Part shown: positions 14,416 to 26,848 of the stretch, in pieces
Layout of the letters: every line of letters starts with the position of its first letter
How positions within the stretch are numbered: the first letter of the stretch is position 1
NCBI GenBank assembly: GCA_965637545.1
Contig: OZ281497.1
Location: 10,106,001 to 10,170,000 of the forward strand
Direction: 5' to 3'
From: Phallusia mammillata
Lineage: Eukaryota
Length of the DNA stretch: 64,000 bases
Notes under the pieces: model-generated
The model's database searches: none
Told to the model about the DNA's origin: nothing
The model's input: the letters and a program-made list of their open reading frames with translations, nothing else
Made by a program: the position numbers and the translations under genes

Positions 14416-15708
14416 ATGGATTTTATTGTAAAGCAAGCTCTTGGTGGTAAGTTATACTGTTAAAAAAATTTTTTTCTGTGTGGTATATGGCCGACATTAT
14501 TTTCCTTAAAAAAGATAAACTGAATAATGTAAAATTACATGAAATTCCAGAAAATTGCAAAACAAATGGTTACGATTACAGGTGTTAAGATTTGGTTGAT
14601 GCTTTTAGTATACGGTAATAACATTTATGATGACTTATCAACAGTAGCCTAATAGCAGAAAAATTTCGAAGTTACATGAGAAAATTGATTTAAAAGTCAA
14701 ACTCAAAATCAGTATCATACACAAACATAAGCGAAATCAGAGAATAATAAAATATTTTTTAGGTGCCACGAAGGATCTAAATAAGATGATGGACAAAGGA
14801 GAGGAAGCTGATCCCAAACAACTAGAACAAGAACGAGAAGCTCTGGAGGCAATGGCCGAACAAGAAGCCGAAAGGAAAGCTAAACATCAGAAGGTGGAAG
14901 TTGAAAGGGAAAAAGAACGACAAAGAATTAGAGATAAGGTACATTCGTTTTGCTTGTTTTGAAAACGCTTGGTTTTGAAGGCCTTTATTTATATAGTTCA
15001 TGAATGGCCACTCTTAAGAAAACACATGGCTTTAATCTTTGTATTCTACCGCCTAATTTGACATTTAATTTTGTAAAACAGGAATCTTTTTCACATAAGG
15101 TAGTATATACAGTGGTGGGATTCAGCCCGTTCGCACCGGTTGTATCGAATCTTCTCACGAAATTTTATGAGATCAGAGAACCGGTTAGCATTACTGGTTA
15201 CTGTCAATTGACTTTTTGTAACAAAACCGGCTGAAAAATATGACTTTGAGATAGAACCGGCTGACAAAAAAATTGAATCCCACCATTGACTATACACCGC
15301 ATATAGGTTAACACGCCCAGCTGGATCAATCTGTACAGTACATGCATATTCTTTAAGTCTTATATTGGACGTCTTGTTTAGATGAATTGGCCAAATTTTT
15401 CAATTGTGCAAACGGCAATTTTAAACAAAAATCGTCATATTATGCACTTGAAAACTTAAAATATGGTTAAGCGTTACAACAAACACCATTTTTGTTTGCA
15501 GTACGGTTTAAAGCGCAAGGAAGAAATTGAAGCCGAAGAAAAAGCAAATCGGGAACGAGAAACCGAGGGAAGACTCACAAGAACAAAAAAACCTTCCATG
15601 GAAGAACAAGAAAGTCAAGAAGAAGAGGAAGGTAACGATGATGGTAATACCCCAACGACAGATCTAAACGTCGTCGTGGACATTAGTTGTGTCTTGTCGT
15701 CTTCATGA
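14416..15708 (+). CDS. CPLX: Complexin (synaptic SNARE regulator), 137 aa; join(14416..14446,14763..14938,15502..15708)
   Basis: Exon 1 MDFIVKQALG|G (31 nt, donor GTAAGT at 14447); exon 2 ATKDLNKMM...ERKAKHQKVEVEREKERQRIRDK (donor GTACAT at 14939); exon 3 YGLKRKEE...EGRLTRTKK...DISCVLSSS*. Phases 1 and 0 are consistent (414 nt). The N-terminus and central helix match the complexin consensus (MxFxxKQALGGATKD; ERKAK...RQxIRDKYG). Confidence 0.97.
15110..15288. mobile_element. hAT-type MITE, family A copy 1 (179 bp), in complexin intron 2
   Basis: TIRs CAGTGGTGGGATTCA / TGAATCCCACCATTG; degenerate TSD AGTATATA/ACTATACA; repeated AACCGG subterminal motif; aligns end to end with 24430..24609. Confidence 0.85.
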
Positions 15709-17948
15709 ACTGCTGTATTAGTCCTTATAGCGAGCATGCCTCATTGTTAAACAATTAAGCTACAATTGTGTGTGGATTCCAGAGTTCTGTATTCCTAATT
15801 CGAAAAATAAGATTTACAGAAGTACGTTTTCGTTGACTTAAAACAATTTGAACAGCATGCTTTAGGATTTGGTTTACTTAGGAGACACTAAGACAAAAAT
15901 TTGGCTACACAACGTTGCCGCATGGTAGCCACAATTGGATAGTTTTCATCCAATTATTTCTACTTTTTTGCCTCCGTGCAAAAGTTTTTAAACGGCTTTT
16001 CCAGCTAAATTTAAGATATATACCGAACTTAGATGAAAGTTCTGCTTGTTCTTATTTCCCATTTAATTGTTTATGGGTCCATACCTAGATCATTTTGTGT
16101 ATCTTTTGTGGTGTAACTAGTATTTCGCAACCAACAAATTCAACAAATTCAGAACAAAGAAATTTGGCGACCATGCAGGCGGAGAACGATTATTTGGTTT
16201 TGCCCTCAGGGGATCATGCCCTTGAAAGATGATCTTTCCCATTTTATTTGGGAAATCGATACCGTGACACACATTGATGGGGTCACAACATGGCATTAGC
16301 GAATCCTAAGCATTCTTGTAATCGATGGACTCGTGTCAAAAAAGGAACAATTTGTGCTAATATATTATTTTTACCCCAAAAATCACTGCTGTAAAAGTAG
16401 TGTATTAAAACTTATAAACTAAAATATGTTAATACAAAACGCGATTTGATAGGGTATTATACAATATCTTGTAAACTCTTGCCAAGCAAAGCAGTAACTT
16501 GCCAAACATAAACGTGTCTGATTTCAAATGTTCAACAAAAAAAAAGAAACGCACCTTTGAAACGCCTTTTAAAATAATGTATAAATCGTGGTACATTGGC
16601 TTTAGGATCCATGTTAAACAGTCAAAAAGCTGTTTTTGTCAGTCAGTGGGTTTTGATCATCGTTTTGTGCATGAGCAAATGTGTCTGGTTTAACGCTCGT
16701 GCAGTAGTGTATTAGTCACAATGAATTTTTTTTCACTCAGGTCTTCTTGCACAAGCGGAAAAAAGCTTCAACGAGTTGCAACTAAAAGTAACTAATGCGG
16801 CCGATGGTTGTATTATTTGCTAAAAGCCACCCTCCCCTGTGACATCACAATCAACGACCAAGATGAGCGTTCCGCCCCAATGCGCATGTATTCAATCATA
16901 TACCTAAAGGACGTTTTGACAGCCAGCCTCATGCCAATGACGGCTGCATTAAGTATTACATTTTGCCGCTCAGTGTTAAGATATTTCGTGACAAGGTTTC
17001 GTTGCTACGTTATCGATTTTTGGCAGTAAAAATTCGACAAGTTATATTTGCAAGCGTGTACCTTGATTTAAATGTGGTAAATCTCTAGCAATGCTAAAAT
17101 TTACTTTAATCATGTTTTAAGCTATTTAGCCATCTTGCCTGTTTTAGACAGCCCAAACAAAAGCTTTAGGTAACAACCTAGTCAAGGGTACAAAGCTCTG
17201 TGGGGCTTTTGAGACAATAATGTAAAAAAATACTGTTTTCTATTTATTCGTTGACGTTTCTGTACCTTGAACTTAAAGTGATTGTTGTATTATTGCACAA
17301 TGCCCATCTGTATCTGGTGTTCGTATTTACTCTTTGGGCTGTTTTTTTCATTCTCTTTCCTTGCTGGTGAAGTGAAGGCAATTTTACAGCTGGATCTTAC
17401 ATTGCTTTGTTGTGTTCTTACCATTATACTCGTGAATCAAAAATAGACGTTTATTTTACATCAAACATTTATTTTACATCAAGTTTTTGAGGTAACAAAA
17501 ATGAAAATGAAATCACAATTCATGCAGCCAGACAAAACTACATCACTGCAGCAATTAGTCAAGGGGACAAACATGTTCATATTCTCCAAACTGTATGATA
17601 CCGGCCGCATAACAAGCTCTTACTTTGTCAAGTATCACTGCGGCTAAAATATCAACTCGTACACATATTTTGGCAGCACCATTAAAGATTTGTTTCATGT
17701 TTTAACTAAAACGATTTTTTTAGGTAAGTTTCAGAAGTAAAATATTAGGCAAAGTAATTTTACACGAAATCCACCAGTGCTTAACACGGCCGCAGATTGA
17801 GCATTTCTACTTGAGTAAACCGCGTATCTTTTAGGGTTTCAAACACACCGGCCTAAAATTATAGCTAGATTTGGCCGCAGCCTTATCTTCTGATATACAG
17901 CTTGATTCGAACAGCCGGAATCGTTTTACTAAACTTTAAAGTCTAAAC

Positions 17949-18414
17949 CAGTGGTTCTCAACCTTTTTGTCCTTGCGGACCCCTTTTGGTACTGTCAAGC
18001 TAATCGCGGACGCCTTTGGAGGTTTTTGTATTTTTTGTATTTTTTTTCATTAACAAGCAACCCAAAAAGGTGCAGAATTTTCCAACCACATTTAGTCCAG
18101 GCTCCAGGACCAACATTTTAATCAGTTTGACAGGGCTGCGACATCGGAACTCAACAATAAAGAGCCATTACATTGTGATGTGACGTTGTTTGCCACTGTA
18201 AATTTACCTCTGTTGCATCACAATGGGGTTAAAATGTCACAATGCATTTTAGTTTATCGCCTATGAAGAATGTTTTTCAACAAGTTTTGTGCTATTTTAA
18301 AACGCTGAAACATATTTCTTAAATCGCGCTTTATCAATATCGTTGTCTGCAAAATTAGAAAGTTGTCGCGGACCACCTGAAAACGCTTTGCGGACCCCCG
18401 GTTGAGAACCACTG
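17949..18414. mobile_element. hAT (Buster/Charlie-type) non-autonomous element, 466 bp
   Basis: Perfect 15-bp TIR CAGTGGTTCTCAACC / GGTTGAGAACCACTG; perfect 8-bp TSD GTCTAAAC (17941..17948, 18415..18422); subterminal GCGGAC repeats. Confidence 0.95.
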
Positions 18415-19470
18415 GTCTAAACAGACTGAAAGACGAGTAGACGATAATGGACAAAAAATGCAGAAACATTTTACGTTATTTAACAGACATTTATTCCCGA
18501 ATCTATTTTTCTAAAATCATTTTGATCAAATGTAGCCAACGCAGCGTGTTACTTGTGTCTTGATTTTAACGGATTTATTAAAAATGAAAAATTCGGTCGC
18601 TAGCAACTTTTTGTAAATAAGTATGTCTTATCTTGAATTGTTTCGTCATAACTATACCAAAAATGTGATGTGCTCACCAATAAACTAGTTTTCAGTGGAA
18701 TAGCGTTGAAGTTTTAAATGCCAACCATGTATAATCTTGGTGTCGAAAATGAAACAAAGCAAAACATAGTTTGGACAAAACATGACAAGGTTGGGACTTA
18801 TAACTTAAAAAGTTATGGAAATGTTCGAATGCTCAGCAGTCTTGCAAGCAGATACAATGAGTAAAATTTAAACTAACGACGAAATAAAGTGTTTTTCCCG
18901 TTGCATTTATCGACTAATAGAAAGCAAGCAGATACAAACTGCGGAGCATTAAAAGATGAATTGTACTTTTTTTAAATGAGTGGTAGGCGGTGACCATAGG
19001 TAAAGTTCAAGTGCTACGTGCCCACAAACACCACTGATACAGCCTAATAAAAAAGGAAGAAAATGCCTAATAAAAAACGGAGGAAAATGCCTAAAGCATC
19101 AATACAAATGAGGGTATTGGGAGGAAAAGAGAAAATAAGCTCATAAACTGACGTCAATCATAAGGGCGTTATGTGTTAAACAGGTGCGATTCTTTGATTT
19201 TAAAGTGTAAGTCAGTTCTCTTTACCACTTTCATGGTGTGCTTATTTTGTGTATTTAAATTTATACACTACTGATCCGGAAACTTGCTACCAAATATCTT
19301 AGTGCGACAGTAAATAAGTTAATAGAAAACTAATCACGTTTAAGGCTGTCACATCGACATTTTTTCTCAAGTTTGCTCTTATTTGTGTAGGCAACGTTTT
19401 GGATTTTTAAAATGTGGTTGTCCTCAAAATTTTACCCACATTCAATACTTTATGTAACTGTACAGTAGTG

Positions 19471-19687
19471 CAGGGGTCGGCAACCTTTTTTGCACTGCGG
19501 ACTGTTTTTGAAAGTGAAATTTTATCGCGGACCGGTCTTCAAAAAACTACAAATATTTACCAATGAAAACGCCAAAAATTGTTTATCATCCCCGGGATAC
19601 ATGGACAAAATGTTTCATAGGATTTAACCTGAAAAAATATACGGCCCGGTAACGAACTCCTCGCGGACCGGCGGTTGCCGACCACTG
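19471..19687. mobile_element. hAT (Buster-type) MITE, 217 bp
   Basis: TIR CAGGGGTCGGCAACC / GGTTGCCGACCACTG; perfect TSD CAGTAGTG (19463..19470, 19688..19695); subterminal GCGGAC repeats. Confidence 0.93.
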
Positions 19688-20733
19688 CAGTAGTGCATTT
19701 CCTTCGACATCGTCAAAACATGTCCTTATTTACCACACCTAACCAGACAATCGTAATCGCTGTTAGCACTTGAATTATTTGAAAAGGCCACTGTAAAGAT
19801 TCAGCATCAATAAAAAGGTAGAGCGACAGACACAAAAATTCACACTAGACAGGTTGGCTAAATTCCGGTAAGTGGTGCAACGGAAATATTTCAAAAGCAG
19901 TTGATGTAAGAAATGCTGACGGTTAGAGCTATTAGGGTTGGTCTGAGGTTTCATTACAATAATAATAACAACACTGAAATCAACCTAAAACCAGTTCTTT
20001 TGTTAAATTTAGTTCCTGACCCTGGTACAGTTTCACTGTAAATTTAAATAATTTCGCTCTTTACGCCCTCTATTGGTAATTAACAAACCTTTTCTAGTGT
20101 GAGTTCTTGCGTTAGTAGCTCTAATAGAGACATGTTAATACTTAATATTTTTACATTATAGTAGATGATGCCATATTTTTGGGCTAGATCGATATCCGCA
20201 GTAGTTTGTTGTAAGAAATACACAGTCTGATTTGAGTGTGCGGAAATTGTCAGCTAAGTGATCGGTCCTGGAATGCAAGTGTTTATTGATCCTCGCAGAA
20301 AAACATGGACTTAAACTATCGTCTGCCATAAGGCGATGTATAGCAGACGGTGCTTGACAATACAAAAATTGTAATGCTAACACAATAGTCACAGTCAATT
20401 TCTAAACAATTTAGTCCGCAACATTTATGTGGTTTTGCATGCGATTTGATTCAATATTGAACACATACATTTTCGAAACAATACAACTATTAAACGCATG
20501 CGCAGAAATGGAATTCACTAGGTTTGCGAAAAAGTCATTGTTATATGATAAAAAGTAGCTCGAGTCTGATTCTATAAAATCGTTTTTGTGATGTCAAGAC
20601 GAAGATCAGCACTTTCGATAAAAGGCTTCATTTTCGGTCTTGTCTTATCATTTAAAGCAAGAACACAATAAGTTGCAAGTTACAAGTTGGGCCAAAACGC
20701 TTGCAACCAAAGTTTACATTACTGAGGTGCAGA

Positions 20734-23700
20734 TCAAGATGATTCAGTGGATTCCAATTCAAAAACGGGATTTGCTCTTCCTGATGGAACGGATGAAAAT
20801 TCTTCACTTAATTCCAGGTCTGTAGAGCTGGAATCTTCTTTGGTTTCGTTACTAGTATCCGTGGTGTCCTCTCTTATTACTGTCTTCTCGCAATCACCGG
20901 ATGATCCGGACCGTTTTGCCTTTTCTCTCATTTTATCTATCACGTGCAACGACACCGTGCGGATTCTGTACATGGCTCTGCTGGTAAGAAACGCTGAGTC
21001 ATCTTTCTCGTTGTCATTACGTCGGCGATTTCGGTAGCGAAAGAAGGCGACGAGCATTAGCCCCTCGGAAAGCTGAAAGACTGAGTAAAGCAGCGGAAAA
21101 ATGAAGAAGCTTCCGATTAGCTGGTTGGGAAAGGCGACTTTTAGGATTGCACAACCAAGTTGACCATTCTGACATCCGCTCTCTATTGCCACCGTTCGAC
21201 GATGAATGCTATCCAGTCTAGCACACGAAGCAAATAGAAATCCAAGACCATATCTGGAATAGTTAACCAAATGTTATTAAAGGTAAAACATTACAAATTT
21301 TATAAACTGCCATTTAGAAGAGAAGTTGTGTTTCTAAAATACATCGTATATTGCAGATGTCCTAACGGATAGTTGCTGTCGTCATCAGTGCCCCTTGCAT
21401 GTACAATACGATGTATTCTTATACACACCTTCTCAGGCAGTTTGGATTTTATCAAGATGGTTTACTTTTTATGACGGTGTTTATTGTTTTGAAATTTACA
21501 TCAAATGCTTCCTAAATGTCTGAAATAATGTGTTTTGGATCCTTAGTAAATCTTAGTAGCACAGCCCAGGGTAAAAAACATAGGTTTAGATCAGGGGTTC
21601 CCAACCTTTTTTGCTGCTCGTAACCCTTTGTCAGGTCCGAGCATTCTTCGTACCCCCAAAAAAATTCTGTTGGAATTTTTTAGATATATATAGCTAAATT
21701 ACACTGCTTTTATAGCTAATTTAAACGTTAAACCGGTATTTCACGCAAAAATGATTACTTTTGTGTTTTGTTGTTTATTGTTGGCAACAAGTAAAAAAAG
21801 GATTGTTATGAGACAACAAGGCTTTTTACTAAATAACAACAATTATTTGTGCATAAGTTTTTTTTTTCAAAGCAAAGACCTTAATGACGTAATATCATTT
21901 ACAATCCCAAAATAAAACTGAAAAGCTGATCTGTGGCCCAAGCATCTTCGTACCCCTTGATGTTCAATCTCGTACCCCCAAGGGGTACGAGTACCCCCAG
22001 TTGGGAACCCCTGGTTTAGATTGTATTTTAAGTTTCTACCCGACTAGTGGCATGAAGACGCAAAAGATCCACATCTCCTTGGGCATGTATCGCAAAAGGG
22101 TGTCTTCGTACAGCAAACCGGAAAGTATCGCCAGCGCAACAATGGTCATCGCTAGTAGAATCTTGCATGTCTGCACAAACCGAATACAACACAATAAACT
22201 TATTTTCTGTTTTTCAACTCCCCGCTGGCCATAACGCGATTTTCATTTACGATTGCAATGTTTTTCTGTTGATTGCCGGAAATCAGTTGTGATGATAACC
22301 TGGGTCAAAGTTTTAGCTATTGTGACGTAATGAATGATGTATGATATCACTAATTGCGTAAAAGGAAATTACGTTTCTCTACACCGGAAGTGTACATGAT
22401 TTTGCCAATTGCATAAAAACGTTTGTTGTTCTAAGTTACAAAATTCAACAAAAAATCTATAAAATTAAAACCGTGGTGTTGACCCACTGAAGCTTGTTGT
22501 TACGCGGTATTGCTTTATGTAATTGGCAGTCGTATACAAACTCCAACATACAATCTTTCAAGATCTCCCAAATTAGATGGTTTGCAGGGACAAACCCAAT
22601 TGCTACTTTAATACCACACAACCTTGATACAATGTTTCCTACTAACACAAGTTAAATAAAATTTGATGGGAAGCTTTTTAGTACAAAAACAACAACATTA
22701 TTTTATGGTATGATGCTTTACCGTAACAATGTGTTTGGCGAGGTTTGGCCACTTCCAATTGATTCCAACACCTAAAGTAACAGGAAGCATCATCAGGATG
22801 AGCGACAGTATCACAGATGGATAGGGGATGAGATTTGCATAGTCGGTGTCAGCTGGCAACCAGTGGGATCCATACACGAACAGGTTAAAAGGAATGAACG
22901 CAAATGCCAGAACCGATGAACAGGCAGTCATCAGCATACTATGGGGAATAAAACATGTATGTTAAATATAGGAGTTTCACAACTATTTTTACATGTAACC
23001 TCTTTGGTTATATTTAATGTCATTGTTTACCTTTTCTCTTTACGTGCCTGCATATAGATGACTTAATCGTATTTGTTACTTTGTAGTGATTGTTAAAACA
23101 TCTATATTGTACTGGCATTTTAAATATTTAATTTTATTCATTCTTTGTCACAAGTTTGTGCCCAGTGTTTTTAACTTTTTGAAACTTTAGAAAAACGTTG
23201 GGTCAAGGACTTTATTGAAATTACCAAGTTAAGCTCAGGTTTTCAAGCGTTATATGTCTTGGATTCGGTTTCGTGATCAGACGCTATTAAGTGGTAAAGA
23301 TACGAACGTCAATCATTGTTAGTTACAAATTTAACATAACACCTCAGCACTTTATGTGACTTCACATGAAGTTGAGTAATTAACTGAGTTTGTTTAGTGT
23401 AAAAATGTGTGACCGGGTCACAGGAAATGCTGACTGCTCTTCATTCAACACTAATGGCATCAGATAAAAACCATTGCGGAAGTTAGCTGCTGGGAGAATT
23501 TTCTGCGTAATACTGTTTTTCCACTGTATGTGACGATTTTGTATAAATGTATAGAATCACGTTCATTTCAAACATAAACATAGATTTATAAATGTTAGAC
23601 TATTATAATAGTTAAATTGGGTAATCTGTTTACGGGAACCAATTAGTTTTAAGCGCAACCGAAGTCACATCCAAATCAGACACTAAAATTAAACCTAATT

Positions 23701-25357
23701 TTTAAACTTTAACTTATACGACGTAAAACACTTCTGTATGGAAACAAAGATTTTCAAAATGAAATTTTATTGACAATATTTTGTGTCGTAATTAGGTTTT
23801 AAAATAAATAAGTTAAATCACCAAAACCATTAAAAGCACAAAAAATTATAATCTACCTGAGAGCAATATCCCCTTCAATCAGATAGGTGAGAATATTGGA
23901 AAGACTACCACCTGGAACGCTTGCTGTGATGAGAATAGTGACAGCAGCTACAGTGTGTATCTGAGCAGCTGAAGCAACACCGAAAACCAGCAGAGGCATA
24001 ACAATAAACTGAGTAAAAGCAGCGATTCCAACGCCAACTGGTCGGCGAATATGATCTTTCAGAGTATGGATATCAACAGTAGAGCCTAAACACAATAAAT
24101 CTGTGATTAAGTTTACATTGCAATAGAATTTGGACGGACTATTTCGACATTGAGGCACAAATTCAGCACTTGTTCATACAAAAGACAAAAACACTTACAA
24201 ACCACATGCTAAACGGATTTTCAAAATTACTTGTAAGTTATGTGTGAGAGTAACTATTTTTTTACAAACCTTTAAAATGAAACTTGTTGAGATATATGTT
24301 TAGGTCGAGTAAAACGTTGTGTCACAGGCTTCATGTTGAGGTTTTTGTGGTTAAGAGTCAAAGCGGTTTGTCACAGAAGAAATACAAGTTTCGAAAAATG
24401 GTCACAATTTTGAGAAAGTTTGTTTTATGCAGTGGTGGGATTCAGCCGGTTGGCACCGGTTCTATAGAACAGTCTCACTAAATTTTATGAGATCAGCGAA
24501 CCGGCTAGCATTACTGGTTGCTGTTAATGGACTTTTTGTAACAGAACCGGCTGAAAAATATGACTTTCGTGATAGAACCGGCTGACAAAAAATTTGAATC
24601 CCACCGCTGGTTTTATACGTTTTTGAGATATTTTGTGTTTTTCCAGTGCTAGGGAATATAGGCACAAACAAACCAGTCAAAAACTTTTGTTTTCATTGGT
24701 TTGTATTGCCAATATAGCATTTCTTTGTAACTCTAGCATCATGTCACATCTTAAACGCAATTGTTTTGATTGCTACAGCGCTTAGTCATGCGTTTGTTGA
24801 CTTCTGTTGTTACCCCATCTCTTAGTGCTTCCAATTCATGCTCTTGTCTTGTTACGTCGTAAAAGACGATGACGTAATCTTTTTATTCTCACGTTACGTT
24901 TGTTTTGAGGATAGCTTTTCAAAGGGCTTGTGTAAGTGTTTGTATTTTGACCAGCTTGGTGTCCAAAGTCAATCAGTTTTTAACACAATTAAAAACAGTT
25001 TGCCATAGCTACAATAAAAGCGTTTAGAAAAACAAAATAATCACTGCATGGGCAGTTTGCCGCTTATTTCTCAAACCAACTGCATAATTACACTAACGTA
25101 CGTGGAATTACATTCAAAACGATGTATAATTTACCCATTCCAAGCATGACTTCAATTAGAATGCAGATTGACAACCATTTGATAGCTGTGTCCATCGCTA
25201 ATTTCTCTGGGTCGTTTGAGAAGTCGGTGATAGGTATTCCATCAGGTGTAAACCTCACTGTAACCCGTCCACTAATATTGGCTGAAGAAACACCGCCTAA
25301 ACTTTGATTTGCTGTCACCATTTTCGTTTCAATTATATCAACAGCTTCTGCCGCCAT
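20734..25357 (-). CDS. SLC10A: SLC10-family sodium/bile-acid (sulfated steroid) cotransporter, ASBT/SOAT-like, 439 aa; complement join(25357..25135,24085..23857,22938..22722,22170..22040,21253..20734)
   Basis: Five exons with GT-AG ends and phases 1,2,0,2 summing to 1320 nt. Family motifs: MLGMG-STVD, RRPVGVGIAAFTQFIVMPLL, PGGSLSNILTY, DIALSMLMTACSS, RRTVAIESGCQNGQL, FPLLYSVFQ. N-terminal sequons NQS and NIS. The paralog cannot be assigned without a tree. Confidence 0.93.
21592..22013. mobile_element. hAT (Buster-type) MITE, 422 bp, in SLC10 intron 4
   Basis: Perfect TIR CAGGGGTTCCCAAC / GTTGGGAACCCCTG; perfect TSD GTTTAGAT (21584..21591, 22014..22021); subterminal TCGTACCCC repeats. Confidence 0.95.
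24430..24609. mobile_element. hAT-type MITE, family A copy 2 (180 bp), in SLC10 intron 1
   Basis: TIRs CAGTGGTGGGATTCA / TGAATCCCACCGCTG; TSD GTTTTATG/GTTTTATA (7/8); near-identical to 15110..15288. Confidence 0.88.
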
Positions 25358-25366
25358 GTTAGTGGC

Positions 25367-26828
25367 CTACACAAAAAGTCAAGGGTTCATACACAATCAA
25401 CAAACGCCTGCAAAATTTAAATGAAAATAAGTCTCTGAAAAACAGAGCCTACATAAAATGTTCAAACTGCAACACCGTGTTTATAGACTTACATCTGATA
25501 CAAACAACAGATTGTTCAGACAAGATATTCCACACTACATTATTGCTTATTATGAACGATATTTCCAAGCAATTTATCGCAGAAACATCTTTTTTTGCAA
25601 CATCTATACACAAGCCATATAATGCAGGTGTACAGCTGTAAAAACCACACAGTTTTTTGTGTGTTGTAAACTCCGCATATGCATAACCAGTGGTCGGACA
25701 TACTGAACTCATAACTAAAGCCTACGCAAAGTATATTAGTTTAATCTGCTCATCAAAATTGTTCTTCAAAGCTCCTGATTTAATAACCAACGCTATTGGC
25801 GTTCATCATATGAGGTCAGACTAATGGATTTTGCAGATATTGACACCGAATCCACAACAAAAAAAACAGCAACCTGACGACTTTACCAGCACTTCGCTAC
25901 AGCACTGTGAGTGAATCATCATTCCGGCGTTGTAATGTATAAATATTATTCACTGATGCTCATGTCAGGAAGCGAACGCCGGCATCTCGCCTTACGTCAC
26001 AAACTTAATTGCCCTGCCTTCAATCCGGTAAACCCACGGGCTACTAAGATTAGTGCCCCTTCCCTCCATGCTCAACAAATCTTTAAAAACAATACTACAA
26101 TTTTTGATAGATTGCATAGGTATAGGCTACAGAGGTTTTTTATGGTTCGATATAAGCTACTAAATATATAACATTTTTCAAACAAGCTACATGGCAATCG
26201 AGCAAATAGCCATTCAGCTTTTTGTTTGTGCGATAGCAGGATGGTAAGTTACTTTGCGAACACTCAGAACACTTCTAAATTGAAAAGGTCGTTCGTCTGA
26301 GTGGGTACTTGCGACAATGGTCGCTTTGGCAAAAGTGTTGAACTTGAATTAGACTTTTAGAACGATCTCGTAAAGAAAAAGTCTTTGAGTGGTAAAATAA
26401 TTTTATTATTTAGTATTAAAAAACTAAACAGTTTTAACTTCTCATCCATGCCCGAACCGACGAATTAAATTCTGCCGCCATCCACAATTAGGGAACTCCC
26501 CCGGAGTACCAAGACCTGCCATGAGTTCTTGACGAGAGAGACGGTATTGCGAGATTTTTTTGTGCACTGTGCGCATATTTTTGAATATAAACTGAGGCTA
26601 CATAATTTGCATGATAAAATGTGAAAATGCCAAACTACGCATGTCCGAATGCACGCACATTGTGATGTGCATATGGTGAAAAATTGCAAATAAACGCCAG
26701 AACCCCTGTTGTGAACCAAGAGTAGCAAAGCAAACACTACTGCTTTTGTTCACCGTTTGTTATGATTTCTAGCAAACGTATGTAACTTCAAATGTTATGT
26801 TTTTAGTCTTAGTCTATTGTCCCATTAG
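25367..26828. promoter_or_regulatory. Putative shared promoter region of the divergent SLC10 and GTF3C2 genes
   Basis: Head-to-head arrangement ~1.5 kb apart; CpG-rich patches at ~25900-26060 and ~26450-26560 including GCCGCCAT (YY1-like); probable 51-nt 5'-UTR intron of GTF3C2 at 26778..26828 (GTATGT...CATTAG). Confidence 0.5.
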
Positions 26829-26848
26829 ATTGTTTTAAATTTGAAACC

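Noticed and set aside
15628-16230. Alternative complexin last exon (donor GAAG|GTAAC, acceptors near 16178/16209)
   Set aside because: Weak splice sites, and the product (GERLFGFALRGSCP*) has neither a CaaX nor complexin-like features.
22457-22648. ORF-track peptide as an SLC10 exon
   Set aside because: No SLC10 motifs; the real exon 4 is 22170..22040 and closes the frame.
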